Source of the DNA: Candidatus Cloacimonadales bacterium
GTDB taxonomy: Bacteria; Cloacimonadota; Cloacimonadia; Cloacimonadales; JAFGVF01
Reading direction: 5' to 3'
DNA: 64,000 nt
Assembly (NCBI GenBank): GCA_963678315.1
Contig: OY782781.1
Location: forward strand, 992,001 to 1,056,000
Position numbers and translations under genes: made by a program. Shown piece by piece: positions 41,112 to 54,700 of the stretch. A model generated the notes under the pieces. The model ran no database searches. It worked only from the letters and a program-made list of their open reading frames with translations, and was not told the origin of the DNA. Numbering within the stretch: position 1 is the first letter of the stretch; the number at the start of each line of letters is the position of its first letter.

Positions 41112-41951
41112 ATGAAAATAATCGAATTATTAGAAGTTGCCAAGAGCAAATTTACCAAAGAAAATATAGAGAACCCAGACTTGAATGCAAGAATATTGCT
41201 TTCGGAAGTGACAGTTATTAAGCGTTTAATGTTAGATTTATATCTTAATGAAGAAGTTTCCCAAGAGCAGGAAGAACTTTTCTTAGAATATATTGAGAGA
41301 CGATCAAAGAATGAACCAATTCAACATATCTTAGGGTATACTGAATTCTATGATTTAAGAATCCAAGTTAGTAAGGATGTGTTGATTCCCAGACCCGAAA
41401 CTGAGTACTTGATAGAAATTATTTATGAAAGGATAAGAGATAAAGATAAGGTTAAGAGAATTATTGATATTGGGACTGGGTCGGGAGTGATTGCCTTGAT
41501 GTTAAAAAGGAAATTTCCTTCAGCAGATCTTGTAGCTATTGACATTTCTTCTCAAGCCTTGGCTATAGCTAGAGAAAATGCTAAAATAAATAATTTGGAA
41601 GTCAACTTTGTTGAGGCTGATTTGTTCAATGACGAATTAGGGTCCTTTGATTTAATAGTCTCTAATCCTCCTTATGTTACAGAGGAAGAGTACAAAATTC
41701 TACCTAAAGAAGTAAGAGATTTTGAACCCAAATTAGCTCTTGTAGGTGAAGAAGAAGGGCTTGTATATTATCGGAAAATAATCGAATTAAGTAGAACAAT
41801 ATTAAATGCTCAAGGAAGCATTTTCTTTGAAATTGGAGAAAGGCAAGGAAAAGCTATTTCTTTACTTGCTAAGAAAAATGGATTTAGTAAATTTGAAACT
41901 ATCAAAGACCTTGTTGGTAGAGACAGGTTTTTTGTTATAAATAATAGATAG
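41112..41951 (+). CDS. prmC: Release factor glutamine methyltransferase
   Basis: VLIPRPETE, DIGTGSG, NPPY; start could be 41103 or 41112. Confidence 0.95.
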   Translation: MKIIELLEVAKSKFTKENIENPDLNARILLSEVTVIKRLMLDLYLNEEVSQEQEELFLEYIERRSKNEPIQHILGYTEFYDLRIQVSKDVLIPRPETEYLIEIIYERIRDKDKVKRIIDIGTGSGVIALMLKRKFPSADLVAIDISSQALAIARENAKINNLEVNFVEADLFNDELGSFDLIVSNPPYVTEEEYKILPKEVRDFEPKLALVGEEEGLVYYRKIIELSRTILNAQGSIFFEIGERQGKAISLLAKKNGFSKFETIKDLVGRDRFFVINNR

Positions 41952-41977
41952 ATAAAGATCATAGATTAGGAAGAGAT

Positions 41978-43231
41978 ATGAAGAAATTTTTAATTAAGGG
42001 TGGAAGAAAATTAAGCGGTAGTGTTGAAGTTTCTGGTGCAAAAAACGCTATATTGCCTATTATTGCAGCATGTTTATTAACTAGAGGAAAATCTGTATTA
42101 ACTAATGTACCTAGATTGGTAGATTTGAAGACAATGGCTCATTTATTAAGAATTATTGGAGCAAGAATCAATTACCAAGATGGTCGCATGGAACTAGATA
42201 CTTCTGATGTATGCTTTGCTGAAGCACCTTATGAATTAGTTTCTAAAATGAGAGCTTCTATCTATGTCTTAGGACCACTTCTAACTAAGTTTAAGCATGC
42301 AAAAGTTTCTTTTCCTGGTGGATGTGCAATTGGTGCAAGACCAATAGATTTACATCTAAAAGCTTTAGAAAAAATGGGAACTAAGTTTGAAACTAAGAAA
42401 GGTTATTTGTATGCAACAACTGAGGAGTTACATGGAGCAGAAATCAATTTTGAGAATGTTTCAGTAGGGGCGACTTGCCATATCTTAATGACAGCTACAC
42501 TTGCTAAGGGAACAACAATTATGCGTAATTGTGCTGTTGAACCTGAAATTGCAAGTTTGATAGATTTCTTAACAAAGATGGGTGCCAAGATAAAGGGTAC
42601 AGGAAGTCAAACTCTTACTATTGAAGGTGTAAAAGAATTATTCCCAGTAGGTATGGAAATGATGCCAGACAGAATTGAAGCAGGCACTTTCTTAATCGCA
42701 GGAGCTATTACTAATAGTGAAATTACTGTTTCAAACTGTAATCCTAATCATCTAGATGAGCTAATCTTAAAGATGAAGCAAGCTGGTTTCAAAATCGATT
42801 GTGATGAAACTAGTATGCATATCTATCCTAATGATGAAATTCTTCCAGTCAATATTGTAACTGATCCATATCCAGCATTTCCAACAGACTTGCAGGCTCA
42901 GTTTATGGCTCTCATGACCTTAGCTAAAGGTTCTAGTTATGTAGAGGATAAAATATTCCCAGATAGATTTATGCATGTCCCAGAACTTAACCGATTGCAA
43001 GCTGATATTCTACAAGAGAATGGTAAAGCTAAGATAATTGGGGTTGATGAATTGAGTGGTGCTGAAGTTATGGCAACTGATTTGAGGGCAAGTGCTGCCT
43101 TGGTATTAGCTGGACTTGCTGCCGAGGGAGAAACTATTGTATCAAGAATTTATCACATCGATAGAGGATATGATAACATAGAAGGAAAACTTAATAAGTT
43201 GGGAGCTTCCATTGAGAGAATTGAAGGATAA
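41978..43231 (+). CDS. murA: UDP-N-acetylglucosamine 1-carboxyvinyltransferase
   Basis: SGAKNA, PGGCAIGARP, FPTDLQ, ATDLRA. Confidence 0.97.
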   Translation: MKKFLIKGGRKLSGSVEVSGAKNAILPIIAACLLTRGKSVLTNVPRLVDLKTMAHLLRIIGARINYQDGRMELDTSDVCFAEAPYELVSKMRASIYVLGPLLTKFKHAKVSFPGGCAIGARPIDLHLKALEKMGTKFETKKGYLYATTEELHGAEINFENVSVGATCHILMTATLAKGTTIMRNCAVEPEIASLIDFLTKMGAKIKGTGSQTLTIEGVKELFPVGMEMMPDRIEAGTFLIAGAITNSEITVSNCNPNHLDELILKMKQAGFKIDCDETSMHIYPNDEILPVNIVTDPYPAFPTDLQAQFMALMTLAKGSSYVEDKIFPDRFMHVPELNRLQADILQENGKAKIIGVDELSGAEVMATDLRASAALVLAGLAAEGETIVSRIYHIDRGYDNIEGKLNKLGASIERIEG

Positions 43232-44282
43232 GAAAATTGCAGTAGCAATGAGTGGAGGAGTAGATTCTTCAGTTGTAGCTGTACTATTGCAAGAACAAGG
43301 CTATGACATAGCCGGCTTTACCATGATTCAGTTTGATGACCAAGAGTTTGGATATTCTAAGGATGAAGGAGCTCAAGCAAGTGCTAATGATGCCAAGAAA
43401 ATATGTGACCAACTAGGTATCCAACACTTCATAATAGATGTTAGAGAAGATTTTCGAAGAATTGTATTGAAAGATTTTGTTGAACAATATAAAGAAGGGA
43501 AAACCCCAAACCCATGCACTCTCTGTAATCCTACTATCAAATGGGGAGCTTTCTTTGATGAAATAAAGAAACATGGCTATGAATATATGGCAACAGGTCA
43601 TTATGTAAAACTTGATAATAAAGAAGATAGACCTCATATCTTTAGAGCTAATAACTCGAAAGATCAAACCTATATGTTATGGGGCTTAAGCCAAGATCAA
43701 CTAGCTCATACTATTTTCCCTCTTTACGACTTAGATAAAGATGAAGTTAGAAAGCTAGCTTCAGATAATAACTTGTTTGTTGCAGATAAAAAAGATTCCC
43801 AAGAGATATGCTTTATAAAAGGACATTACCTAGACTTTGTAAATAAAATAGTTCCTCCTAAAGCAGGAAATATTAAGTTTCTAAGAAGTGGGGAAGTGAT
43901 AGGTAAGCACCATGGTTTAACAGCTTACACTATCGGACAAAGAAAGGGACTTCAAACTTCTATGAATGTAACTCTCTATGTTCATTCTATGGATATAAAA
44001 AAGAATATTCTCTATGTAACAGATAATCGAGAAGATCTAAAGGTTAATTCATTTACCATAACAGATGTTAATCTCTATGTTGATGATATAGCTGAATTGA
44101 AAAATGGAAATGTACAGATAAGATATAATTCTAGACCTGTTGAAATTAAAGATGTCTGCTGGGAAAAAGATAATTTGATTGTTACTCCTAGCCAGGCTAT
44201 AGAATCTGTAACTCCTGGACAATCTGCTGTATTTTATTCTAGCCAGAATGAACTTCTTGCTGGTGGAGTGATTCTTAAATAA
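43221..44282 (+). CDS. mnmA: tRNA 2-thiouridylase
   Basis: AMSGGVDS, TPNPC, ATGHY, KDQTY, DSQEICF, PGQSAV; TTG start at 43212 or 43221. Confidence 0.95.
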   Translation: MKDKKIAVAMSGGVDSSVVAVLLQEQGYDIAGFTMIQFDDQEFGYSKDEGAQASANDAKKICDQLGIQHFIIDVREDFRRIVLKDFVEQYKEGKTPNPCTLCNPTIKWGAFFDEIKKHGYEYMATGHYVKLDNKEDRPHIFRANNSKDQTYMLWGLSQDQLAHTIFPLYDLDKDEVRKLASDNNLFVADKKDSQEICFIKGHYLDFVNKIVPPKAGNIKFLRSGEVIGKHHGLTAYTIGQRKGLQTSMNVTLYVHSMDIKKNILYVTDNREDLKVNSFTITDVNLYVDDIAELKNGNVQIRYNSRPVEIKDVCWEKDNLIVTPSQAIESVTPGQSAVFYSSQNELLAGGVILK

Positions 44283-44293
44283 GATTTGTAGAT

Positions 44294-45202
44294 ATGCTAG
44301 AAATTATTAAACAGTGGACAGGGGCTTTCCTGCTATCGGCTATTGCAATAGGATTCTTATTCCCTCAACTTGCTGTCTTGAAGCCTATTTTAGCACCAAG
44401 CTTAATGCTGCTATTATTCTGTTCTTTTGTGAAGTTAGATTTCCATATAAAGAAGTTTGTCAGAAAAGAACTTATTCTTTATCCCCTTCTCTGCTGGCTA
44501 ATACTCCCTCCTATTGTTTATTATGGACTAGGATTCTTACCAGAAGAATTGCGTGTAGGAATGTTGTTAGTGGTAATTACTCCTCCTGCCTTAGGTGCTC
44601 CAGTAATAACATCATTAGCCCACGGAGACTTGGAATTCGTGGTCTCTAATGTAACAATATTTAATTTATTAGCACCATTAGCCTACACTTTTATCCCACA
44701 ACTATATCTCAAAAATGTCTCAATGGAGATCGACTACTCTTCTATATTTATGAGAGTAGCCATGTTTATCTTTATCCCTCTAGTCTTAGCAGTTTTAACC
44801 AAAAGGAGCAAAGTTCTAACAAAATATGTGCTTACTAGAATCGACCCTCTGAAAGCACTTATTCAAGTTATTCTCATTGCTGTGGCTGTTTCAACGACTA
44901 CTGATAAAATAAAAAGACTTGATTTTTCTAATCTAATATATCTAGTTATTATTACCTTTCTTATATCCGGCATTCTATATCTAATAGGGATATTGTCAGC
45001 TAAAGGGAATAGAAGGATGATAGCCACATTGCCTATAGCTGTTGGACATAAGAATACACTTCTGGCTTTAACTATTGGGCTTGCTAGCTTCTCTGAACTC
45101 TCAGCACTTCCAGCAGTCTTTTATCTAATTGCGCATCATAGCTATAATGGACTACTAATTACTTACAATCGTAAGGAAGTTAAAAAACAGACTAGTAATT
45201 AG
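44294..45202 (+). CDS. Bile acid:sodium symporter family transporter
   Basis: ~9-10 TM segments, TPP..A, N motif. Confidence 0.7.
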   Translation: MLEIIKQWTGAFLLSAIAIGFLFPQLAVLKPILAPSLMLLLFCSFVKLDFHIKKFVRKELILYPLLCWLILPPIVYYGLGFLPEELRVGMLLVVITPPALGAPVITSLAHGDLEFVVSNVTIFNLLAPLAYTFIPQLYLKNVSMEIDYSSIFMRVAMFIFIPLVLAVLTKRSKVLTKYVLTRIDPLKALIQVILIAVAVSTTTDKIKRLDFSNLIYLVIITFLISGILYLIGILSAKGNRRMIATLPIAVGHKNTLLALTIGLASFSELSALPAVFYLIAHHSYNGLLITYNRKEVKKQTSN

Positions 45203-45243
45203 AATCTTTTTTTAAGAGATTGCCTTACCATATTTAAACAAGT

Positions 45244-45291
45244 TGTATTAATTCCGCACACCTCAAATAACAATTGTTATATTATCGCACA
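45244..45291. promoter_or_regulatory. Tandem TGT-N11-ACA sites (candidate enhancer-binding-protein sites)
   Basis: tgtattaattccgcaca and tgttatattatcgcaca, 31 bp apart, about 70-115 bp upstream of a -24/-12 motif. Confidence 0.5.
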
Positions 45292-45359
45292 CACAAAACA
45301 AGTAGCTAATATATCATATCTTATTGTATAATAACTAATTACATAATATTATAAATTCA

Positions 45360-45375
45360 TGGAACCCACCTTGCT
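45360..45375 (+). promoter_or_regulatory. Sigma54-type -24/-12 promoter
   Basis: TGGAAC-CCACC-TTGCT, 33 bp before ATG 45409. Confidence 0.65.
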
Positions 45376-45408
45376 TTATATAAGAGAAAAATATAATTGG
45401 AGTTAACC

Positions 45409-45753
45409 ATGAGTGATATTCTTTTGATTGGTAAAGCAAGTAGATTACTTGATGAGATTTCTTTCTTTTTGGATTCAAGTAGTTACCATAATGTATTAGT
45501 TTCTCCTGACGAGATTAACTATAAACTACTAAATCTTAATAATATCAGCCATGTAATTATAAATTATGAATTTCCTACTTTTAGAGGATTAGATTGTATT
45601 AAGAAGATTAAGAGTATAAAGGAATTACCTATTATCATCATCACATCAAATAAATCTTCAGAATTTAAATCTTTGATTCTTAAGTCAGGAGTAAATCGAG
45701 TTATAACTAGGCCTTTTAGACCTAAAGAATTAGTTGAATTAATAAGACATTGA
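45409..45753 (+). CDS. Atypical (pseudo) receiver domain protein
   Basis: CheY-like pattern (GLDCIKKIK, LPIIIITS, RPF); phosphoacceptor position appears to be N (IINYEFP). Confidence 0.75.
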   Translation: MSDILLIGKASRLLDEISFFLDSSSYHNVLVSPDEINYKLLNLNNISHVIINYEFPTFRGLDCIKKIKSIKELPIIIITSNKSSEFKSLILKSGVNRVITRPFRPKELVELIRH

Positions 45754-45772
45754 GATTACGCTAGGAGGAAAA

Positions 45773-48700
45773 ATGCAAAAATCTAGTCTTGTCGTACTTT
45801 TTATATTAATGTGTAGTCTTCTAGCAGCTGTTTTCCCAGCTGTTGAAGGTTATCACAATTACTCTTATGAATGGGGAACATTCGAAAACGCTATCAGCTT
45901 TAACTGGTACAATGATAATGTTCCTGAAGGTTATAGTGTTGCTAACATTGAATTTAACAGAAATGGTTTCGCAGAACCAATGTTACTTGATTATTGGGGT
46001 TCAGCATATTACACTGATTCAGATATCACCATAGGTAACACTTACAATTACTCTTCAAGATTTGTTTATACAAACAATTCAGATAATTCTACAGAATATT
46101 CTGAATGGAGTTATGTAACTATTGATACTTCTGAACTTGAAGACCTTTTAGATGCTCCTACTAACCTACAATTAGGAGCTGGTACAGATTGGGAAGGTAA
46201 CAAAACCATAATACTATCATGGGATTATACAGCACCAGAAGGTTACTGGCCTGATGGCTTTGTTGTGAAAAGATCTGACCAAGATTGGTTCCAAGAAGTA
46301 TATAATATGGACCCTCCTTTTATGTTCGAAGACATGGATTTCACTATGGGTGAAACTTATACTTATTATGTAAAAGCTAGAATGATGGGTGAAATGAATG
46401 GAGATATGATTGTTTCTAACCCAACTGCAACATTCACAGTTGATACTAATAGTCTTCCTCTAAGTAATATTCAATTTAATGGTATGATGTCTGGGACTTA
46501 CAATGACCTAGAAGCTATCTCATTATTTACACCAGATACAGGTGCTTCAATTTATTATACATTAGATGGAAGCGAACCTACAACAGATGATATTTTATAT
46601 ACAGATCCAATTGTTATTCCTTGGGGATCTGAAGTAAGCTTGAAAGCACGTGCATTTAAAACAGGAGCTACTGAATCAGCTCTTCTAACTTTAGTCTACA
46701 CACTAACAGGTATTGTTAGCGACTACTATCCAGAAGAAAATAAACAAGGTGTTAATCCTGAATATCCAGTTTTTGCTTGGTACAAGCTAGCTTCAGCAAG
46801 TGGTTATTATATAAATGTAGGAACTACATCAGGAAATAATGATATATTAGCTAATCATTTCGTTGATGCTACAGATATGTCTAATTATGATGGTTCTTAT
46901 CTTAGAGAAGGGGTTGAGTTAGACTTAGACTATGAAACTCAATATTTTTGGTCTATTACAGCTCAACAAACAGGAACAGCAACTACAGCTGATAGTGATG
47001 AAAGATCATTCACTACTGCAGCAGAAGTAATAGTTTCTTCATACCCTTATCAAGAGAGTTTTGAGACTTCAACTATTAATCAGTTAGCAGAAGGTTGGAC
47101 TGATATTAATCTAGCTAGCTATCAAACATGGAAGGTGTATAATTCATCAGCTAGTCATGGAAACAATAGTGTTCAACTATATACTTACTCACAAAATGAT
47201 TGGTTGTTCTCTTCAGAGCTTGCCTTCTCTGAAGGTAGAGAATATGAAATACAATTCTCACATAAAGGATCTAGTGCTAGTTTAGATGCTTACTTAGTTG
47301 ATTCTAGAGCTCTTGATACTCCTGAAAACCCAACTATAGTTCAGCACTTAGGACATATTTCTACTACTAATTGGTGGGATACATCTGCCTATAACTATAC
47401 TTCTTTGGAAGATGGAAACTACTTCCTAGCCTTTAAACCTACTAACAATAATGGAACTTATCTTTACTTAGATAATATCATAATCAATGAAGCTATCGCT
47501 AATATCCCAGCTCCTATTGTTGAGTATGATGATGAGGCATGGCATGATAATCCATTTACTTTAGAACTTAACCATGAGATTGAAGGTGCACAATTATATT
47601 ATTATGTAGCTCCAGAATGGCAAAATCCTTATGATTTCAATGCTTCTTTTGCTAGTGATAGAAGTCTATATGAAGGACCAGTTCAAATTGAAGAACCAGG
47701 ATCAAGTATGCTTTATCTACAAGCTGAACATCCAAACTGGTTAGCTTCAGAAATCATAAATATTGACCTTAATATCAAACCTCTATTGCCTGCTCCAATG
47801 TTCGATACAGAGCCAGGTAATTATAACAATCCTATTGATGTAGAGCTTATATCCGAAGCTCCTGCAGCAGATACATATTACACAACAGATGGAAGTGATC
47901 CTTTTACAAGTCCTACTAAAGTACTTTATACAGAAGGTGATCAAATTCATATAGACATGAATGAAACTATCACCATCAAGGCTGCAAGTGTTCAAGAAAA
48001 CTATATGCCATCAGAAATACTTGAAGGTACTTTCACTACAGTTCCTAAATTAGTTCAAGTTACATTCAGTCCTGAAGGCGGACTTTTTACATCAGCTCAA
48101 TCAATTGAACTTAATCATATTGATGCTGGAACTACTATCTATTATACCTTAGATGGTAGTGCTCCAGATAATACTTCTTTGGGATATACAACACCTCTTC
48201 AATTAGCGGAACACACTGTGACTACTATCAGTGCTATTGCTTACAAGGATGGTTTTGAAGAAAGTGATGTATCTTCCCAAACTTATACAATCACAGGTCA
48301 AGTTGATAGCCCAACAACTAATGTTGCAGAAGGTATCTATTCTTCACCTCAATCAGTTTCATTATCTACAACTACAGAATCAGCATCAATAAGATATACA
48401 GTAGATGGAACAGACCCTGATGAAACTTCTACATTATGGACTGGTCTTCCAATTGAAATTGGTGAATTTACTACAAGCACTATTAAAGCTATTGCCTATA
48501 AAGAAAACTGGGCTGCTTCTGAGATGATGACTATTACTATCCAAGTAACTGGTCAATTACCTCAAGTAGAATTTAGCTTAGAAGGTGGTGCTTACGAATC
48601 TAATCAAATTCTATCTCTCAGCGTACCAGGTTATCCAACAGCATCTATTTATTCAACATCAAATGGATCTGAACCTAGCGAAGCTAGCATACTCTACATA

Positions 48701-51700
48701 GGCTCAATACTTCTTAATGCTCCTTCAGATGTAACAATCAAGGCTATAGCAGTTCTTGATAACTACCGTACTTCAGAAGTTGCTTCTAATGATTATGAAG
48801 TTCGCTATAAAGTTGAAACACCTGTCTTTAGTCAAGAGTCAGGAATCTATACAGCTCCTCTTGATCTTGAAATTACTTCTGCTACAAATGGAGCAAGTGT
48901 TTATTATACTACAGATGGTAGTGATCCCACAACAGGCATGCTCTATTCTGAACCTATTCAATTAGAAGAAGATACTAATACAGAAATCAGAGCTATTGCA
49001 ATGAGGAATGGTTGGTTTGATTCAGAACTAGCATCAGTTAATATCCAAGTTACAGGTACAGTTCCAACACCAACCATTGATACTCCTTCTGGTGTTTATG
49101 TTAGTGCTACAACTGTTACTGTCACAAACACCATGGCTCAAGCAGATGTATACTATACACTTGATGGTTCTGAACCAACTACTGATGATAACTTGTATGT
49201 TGAACCACTAACCTTTAATCCTGGAGACAATGATACTCTAAAAGTAAAAGCATTCAGAGAAGATTGGTTACCATCAACAACTGTAACAAGATTCTATTCT
49301 GTTCCAGATGAAACAATGATTTATAGTTTCAATATGGTTAACACAACTCTTACTACAGAAGATAACCCAAGTTACAGCTACTCATTAGTAACTAATCATA
49401 CTACAGCTAATGTAAATGCAAGAATTACTATTCTTGATTCAGATGATAACCCTGTTGTAGTTGATGAAGAAGTAGTGACTATCTTCGGTGAAATAACTAA
49501 TCAATTCTTTAGAGAAATCGATGTTGAACCTAACTTAGCAGAAGGTAATTATACTTATAAGCTAGATATTCTCAACACTGATGATGATATTCTTGATACT
49601 TTTGAACCTACATCTCCTTTCCAAGTTGGTACTCCTGCCTACACAATTACAGGTAATGTTGACCATGACTTTGGAACTCTTGCTGCAGGCTCAACAAATA
49701 CTCATTCCTTTACTTTAAACAGTACTGGAAGCATACCATTAAACATGTCTTATGTTCCACTTAGTGAACCATTCAGCTCTAATATGCTTATTACAGTTTT
49801 AGGTACAGGTAATAGCTGGGAATATACCATAACTTTCCAACCTGAAACTTATGGAACATACTTCGACCAGTTAGTAATCAATACTAATGCTGGTGCTATC
49901 ACTTGTAACTTCTCTGGTGAAGCTGTTATGGGACAATACAGAGATAACATCTCTGAAATCTCTGCTACAGTTGATTATGGACAAACTACTCAAAAGCAGT
50001 TTGTTATCTATAACGATTCTCCTGCTGCTGACTTAAATGTAAGCCTTTCTGAAGCAGTTGATTGGTTATCTCTTGATCAAGTTACTGCTCTTGTTCCTGA
50101 CCAAGATTCTCTTGTTGTAAATGCAACTCTTGGTTTAGCTACTTTAGTTGGTGGGACCTACACAACAGATATCACAATCACAACCGATGACCTTAGAGCT
50201 GAGACTGTTACTATCCCTGTAACTTTAACAGTAAATGGTGCTGTAATTTCAACTTCACATGATGAAATAGAAGTTATCACTGGCGTTGGTGAAGATGTAT
50301 TCTTCAAGTTCAGAATTTCCAATGATGGTTCTGAACCACTTGCTTATTCTTTAGACGAAGATGCTGATTGGTTGATTCCTGAAAGTGATAATGGTAATAT
50401 AGAAGCTAATGGCAATGAAGATAATGAATTAGAATTTGATGGTGATATTCCAGTTGGAACTTATACAACTACTATCACAATTGAATCTAATGATATAAAC
50501 ACTCCTGAACTAACTATACCTGTGACATTTATTGTACAAGATGCAGTCTTTGGTTTCTTACCTCTTGATGGAATTCTTGACTTTGGAAACGTTGCAATGG
50601 GTTCTAGTCGTTCTCTTCCTGTAACTCTTAAGAATACTGGTAATCTTGCTTTAACTGTTAACTCACTTGTTTCAGCAAGTCCAGCTTTCACATTCGATCC
50701 AGAAATCAATGATTTAGAGCTTGCTGGTGGTACAGAACAAGAAGTTGATGTAATATTTACTCCTGCTGCTACAGCTTTCTATAATGATGTAACACTAACA
50801 ATCACTTATGAAGATGAGGAAACTGCTGAGCTATCAATGTTTGGTAGAGGAGAAGACCCTAATCCTTCATTCTCTATTGATTGGGTTGATAATAGATATG
50901 ACTTCGGTAACGTTGAAGTTGGTTCTACAGAAATTAATGACATTCGAGTTTATAACAATGGTAATGTTGAACTTCACTTTAATAACTTTGTCTATGAAGA
51001 TGAAGATATTACTGAGTTTGAGTTAGAAGAATTTACTCTTGATGTTGGTAAAGATCATCACTTTGACGTATCATTTGCACCTATTCTTGCTGGTGAGTAT
51101 GAATTAGATATTCAAATGAATACAACAGAAGGTGCAACTCAAACTGCAGTTATTGAAGCTATCGCTTTCGATAACTCCAACACAGCTCAATTAACTTATC
51201 CTGAAGATGAACCATTTAATGGTGAAATGGGTGTTAATCCTATTGAAGGTCTTGAGGGAACTAACTTCGAATTTAGAGTTGTTTATACTGACTTAGATAA
51301 TCTTCCTCCTAGAGATGGTTCTCCAGTCCTACATTTAGACTTAAACCATGATGGCGATACTGATGATGATGGTGACCAAGTTATCATTATGACTGAAGTT
51401 GATGAAGCTGACCTTGTTTATACTGATGGTAAGCTTTATGAATGTGTCTTCCTAGTACCATTTGGCTACAACCCTCAATACAGAATGGCTGCTTTAGATA
51501 ATGGTTTTAAAGTTGCAGAAGGTCAAGCTACTCATTGGCTTAATGGACCTGTGGTTGCTAATCAAGGTCTTGATTTAGGTCTTTATGCTTCTCATATTGA
51601 ATTTAGCGAATATCATCCTAATGCTGGACAAGAAGTAATAGTTGTTGCTCATATCCAAAACTGGGGTGACTTATCAGCTGATAATGTTCCAGTTACCTTC

Positions 51701-54700
51701 TTGCTTGATGAAGTTCAATTTGACCAGTTAATCATTCCTCATATTGAAGGAAATTCTGAATACACACTAGAAACTACAGTTTCTTCCAATGTTGATGGAT
51801 TCTTACCTGTAAAAGTTCATGTTAACAGAAATAATGCTAATCCAGCACTTATAGAAGCTAATCAGTTAAATAACTTTGCTTCAAGACCTCTAGTTGTCGG
51901 TGATGTTGATGTTCCAGGTTCAATTGATGTAACAGCTACAGCATCTCCTGCTACTGTTTATGAATCATCATATAATACCTTCTCTGTTTACGGTAGAGCT
52001 GATTATGTTGATGTTCATGACCCTAATCTTGATGTTTCTGGTAGCTTTGTTAGAGCTGAATTGCTTCAAACTGGTGAAGTTCAAACTACTCATACTAATA
52101 GCTGGGGTAACTACTCAGTAAGATTTAATACTCCTGCTAATATTGGAGTTTATGATATAGAAGTTTATGTTACAGACTACACACTAGAAGGACAAGAGAC
52201 TACTCAAATGGAAGTTATAGCTCGTCCTGATAGAAAAGATATCCGAGTTTATGTTTCAACAGTAGGCTCTCAATATCCAAGAGTTAATCCTCCAACAGCA
52301 GATACTTTCGATATTTATGTTCAAGTAATGAATATTGGTTCAGTTAATGTTGCTGATGATATCGATGTTGATTTAAATGAAGGAAGAAGTGGCTTAGGTG
52401 GAATTAACTTAGATAACTGGACTATCCTTGGCGGTCTAGATGCTGGAGAGTCACAAACATTCACATTCGAACATCCAGGTGTTGCAAACATAGGTTGGTA
52501 TTACTTCCATGGTGCTGCTACTCATGCAAGCATGCATACAGAAGATAATACAAGTAATAATTATCACAATGGAAGTAAATATATCTATCCAGCACTACCG
52601 GATTTAACTCCAACATATGTATATTTCTATAACCTACCAAATTATAGAAACCATGGTGTGGTTGGATCTCCTTTCAATGGCAAGGTTCAAGTCTCTAACA
52701 AATATGTAACACCATCAATCCAAACTACAGCTACAGTTGAGTATAGAGGACCATTCACAGGTAATGTATGGGCTCCTTTCTCAAACATTGTAGTTCCAGC
52801 CTTAGGTGCTTTTGATAGTGAGAATATTGATTTCGGAAGAGATATTAATATCCCTGTTGGTTTCGCTGGTTTCTATGATTTCAAAATTATAGTTGACCCT
52901 GTAAATCCAGGTATTGTTGCTGAACACAGTGAACTTAATAATGAAATAATCAAAACAATAGAAGTTAAGAATCCTGATTGGGACTTCTTTGTTAATTATA
53001 ATTCTATCGAAATATCAAACTATGACCCTGCTTTCGCAGTAGATCAAGTTAACTTTACAGCTGATATTAGTAACAACGGAACTGACGAAGCTAATAATGT
53101 CCAAGTCAAGTTCGAATATATCAGATTCCAAGATGGAGTAGAGATTGGCCCATGGCAACAAATCGGAGATATCAAAGTAATCCCTAATATTGGAGCTTAT
53201 GATACATTTGAAGATGTTACAAGTGACTTATGGCTTGTACCAAACTCAGATGGTTATAAACTTAGAGTTACAGTAGATCCATTTGATAACTTTGTTGAAC
53301 TTAATGAAAACAACAATGACCAAGAACGTTGGTTAGGTTATGACTTCTACCCATGGGCACATAGTGACTATTACTATGTAACTGTTGGCGAAGAAGGCTC
53401 AGTTGGTAGATATATTTCATCAAGAGCTTCTTGGCAAGCAGACGATGTTCCTGTTGTCTTCTACGATTGGTTCCCACATGAACCATTTACACCTGGAGTT
53501 AACCCTCAACAAATCGGGCTTGAAGATGTTAATATCCCAGGTAATAACGGAACAACATATTCAAGAGCTACTAAAGTATGGAATCAAGTTGGTCTTCACA
53601 AAATCACTTGTCATGTAGATATTACTGATGGAGAAAGAGCAGCTTGGAACATCAATCCTAACCCTCTAGCAGCTAATGGCTTTACTGGACTATATACAAA
53701 TGAAATCTATGAAGATAACAATGTAGATTACTTGTATATGGATGTTCAAGAACCACTACCTGATTTAGTTGCATGGTCTGAATTTATCAATCCAACTATC
53801 CTTAATCCTGATAGAAATGAAGCTGTTGATATTCAATCTTCATTCGAGAATCATGGTGTTGGCGATGTTGATGAAGAATTCAAAATCAAGTTCTATATTG
53901 ATTCTGTTCAATTAGGTAATGAAGTTGTAGTAGCTGGTATCGATTCAAATGAAAACGGTGCAGTTCAAGCTACTGAACAATTCTCTTCAAATGTTGCAGG
54001 TGCTCACGTTATCAGAGTTGAGTTAGATACTGATGGCGTTGTTGGAGAAACTAATGAAGATAATAACTTAGCCTCACGTGTGATTGTGGTTGGACCTGCT
54101 CCAAACATGGTGTTTGGTGAAGAACTAAGAAATGGTAGAGTGGGCAGTGGTCTATCTCTCTCAGATAGTTCTCCTGAAGCTGGTCAAGAAATCATAATTA
54201 CTGCAAATATCACTAATAACGGTAGAGCTGAAGGTTCAGCTTGGGTTGATTTCTACTATGTAATCGCACAAGATTCTACTCTTATTGCTAGCCGTCAATT
54301 TACTGTTATCAATGGTGAAACTGAAGAAATCTCTGTTGACTGGATAGCTGAATCAGAATTTGGTTCTGTTGTTGCTGTAATTAGAGATGCTACTCCAATC
54401 GAGTTTAATGCTCTTGATAATACTGCTGAAGTTGAGTTCGGTCCTTCTCTTCAATTTGTAGGAACTTATGATAATGTTCATATCGATGAAGATGCAGGTG
54501 CTCAATCAATAGGCGATTTAGATTCTATTGTAGAAAACAGAGACAATACTGGAGTTATCTTCTTCGCATCAACTGATGTTGAAGGTGCTACAGTGACTAT
54601 AGATGAAAACAATGTACTTTGGTTAAATCCTCCTACAAACTATCATGGTACAATAACTGTTGATGTTGAAGCTGTTAACCTTTATAATGACAGCAGATCT

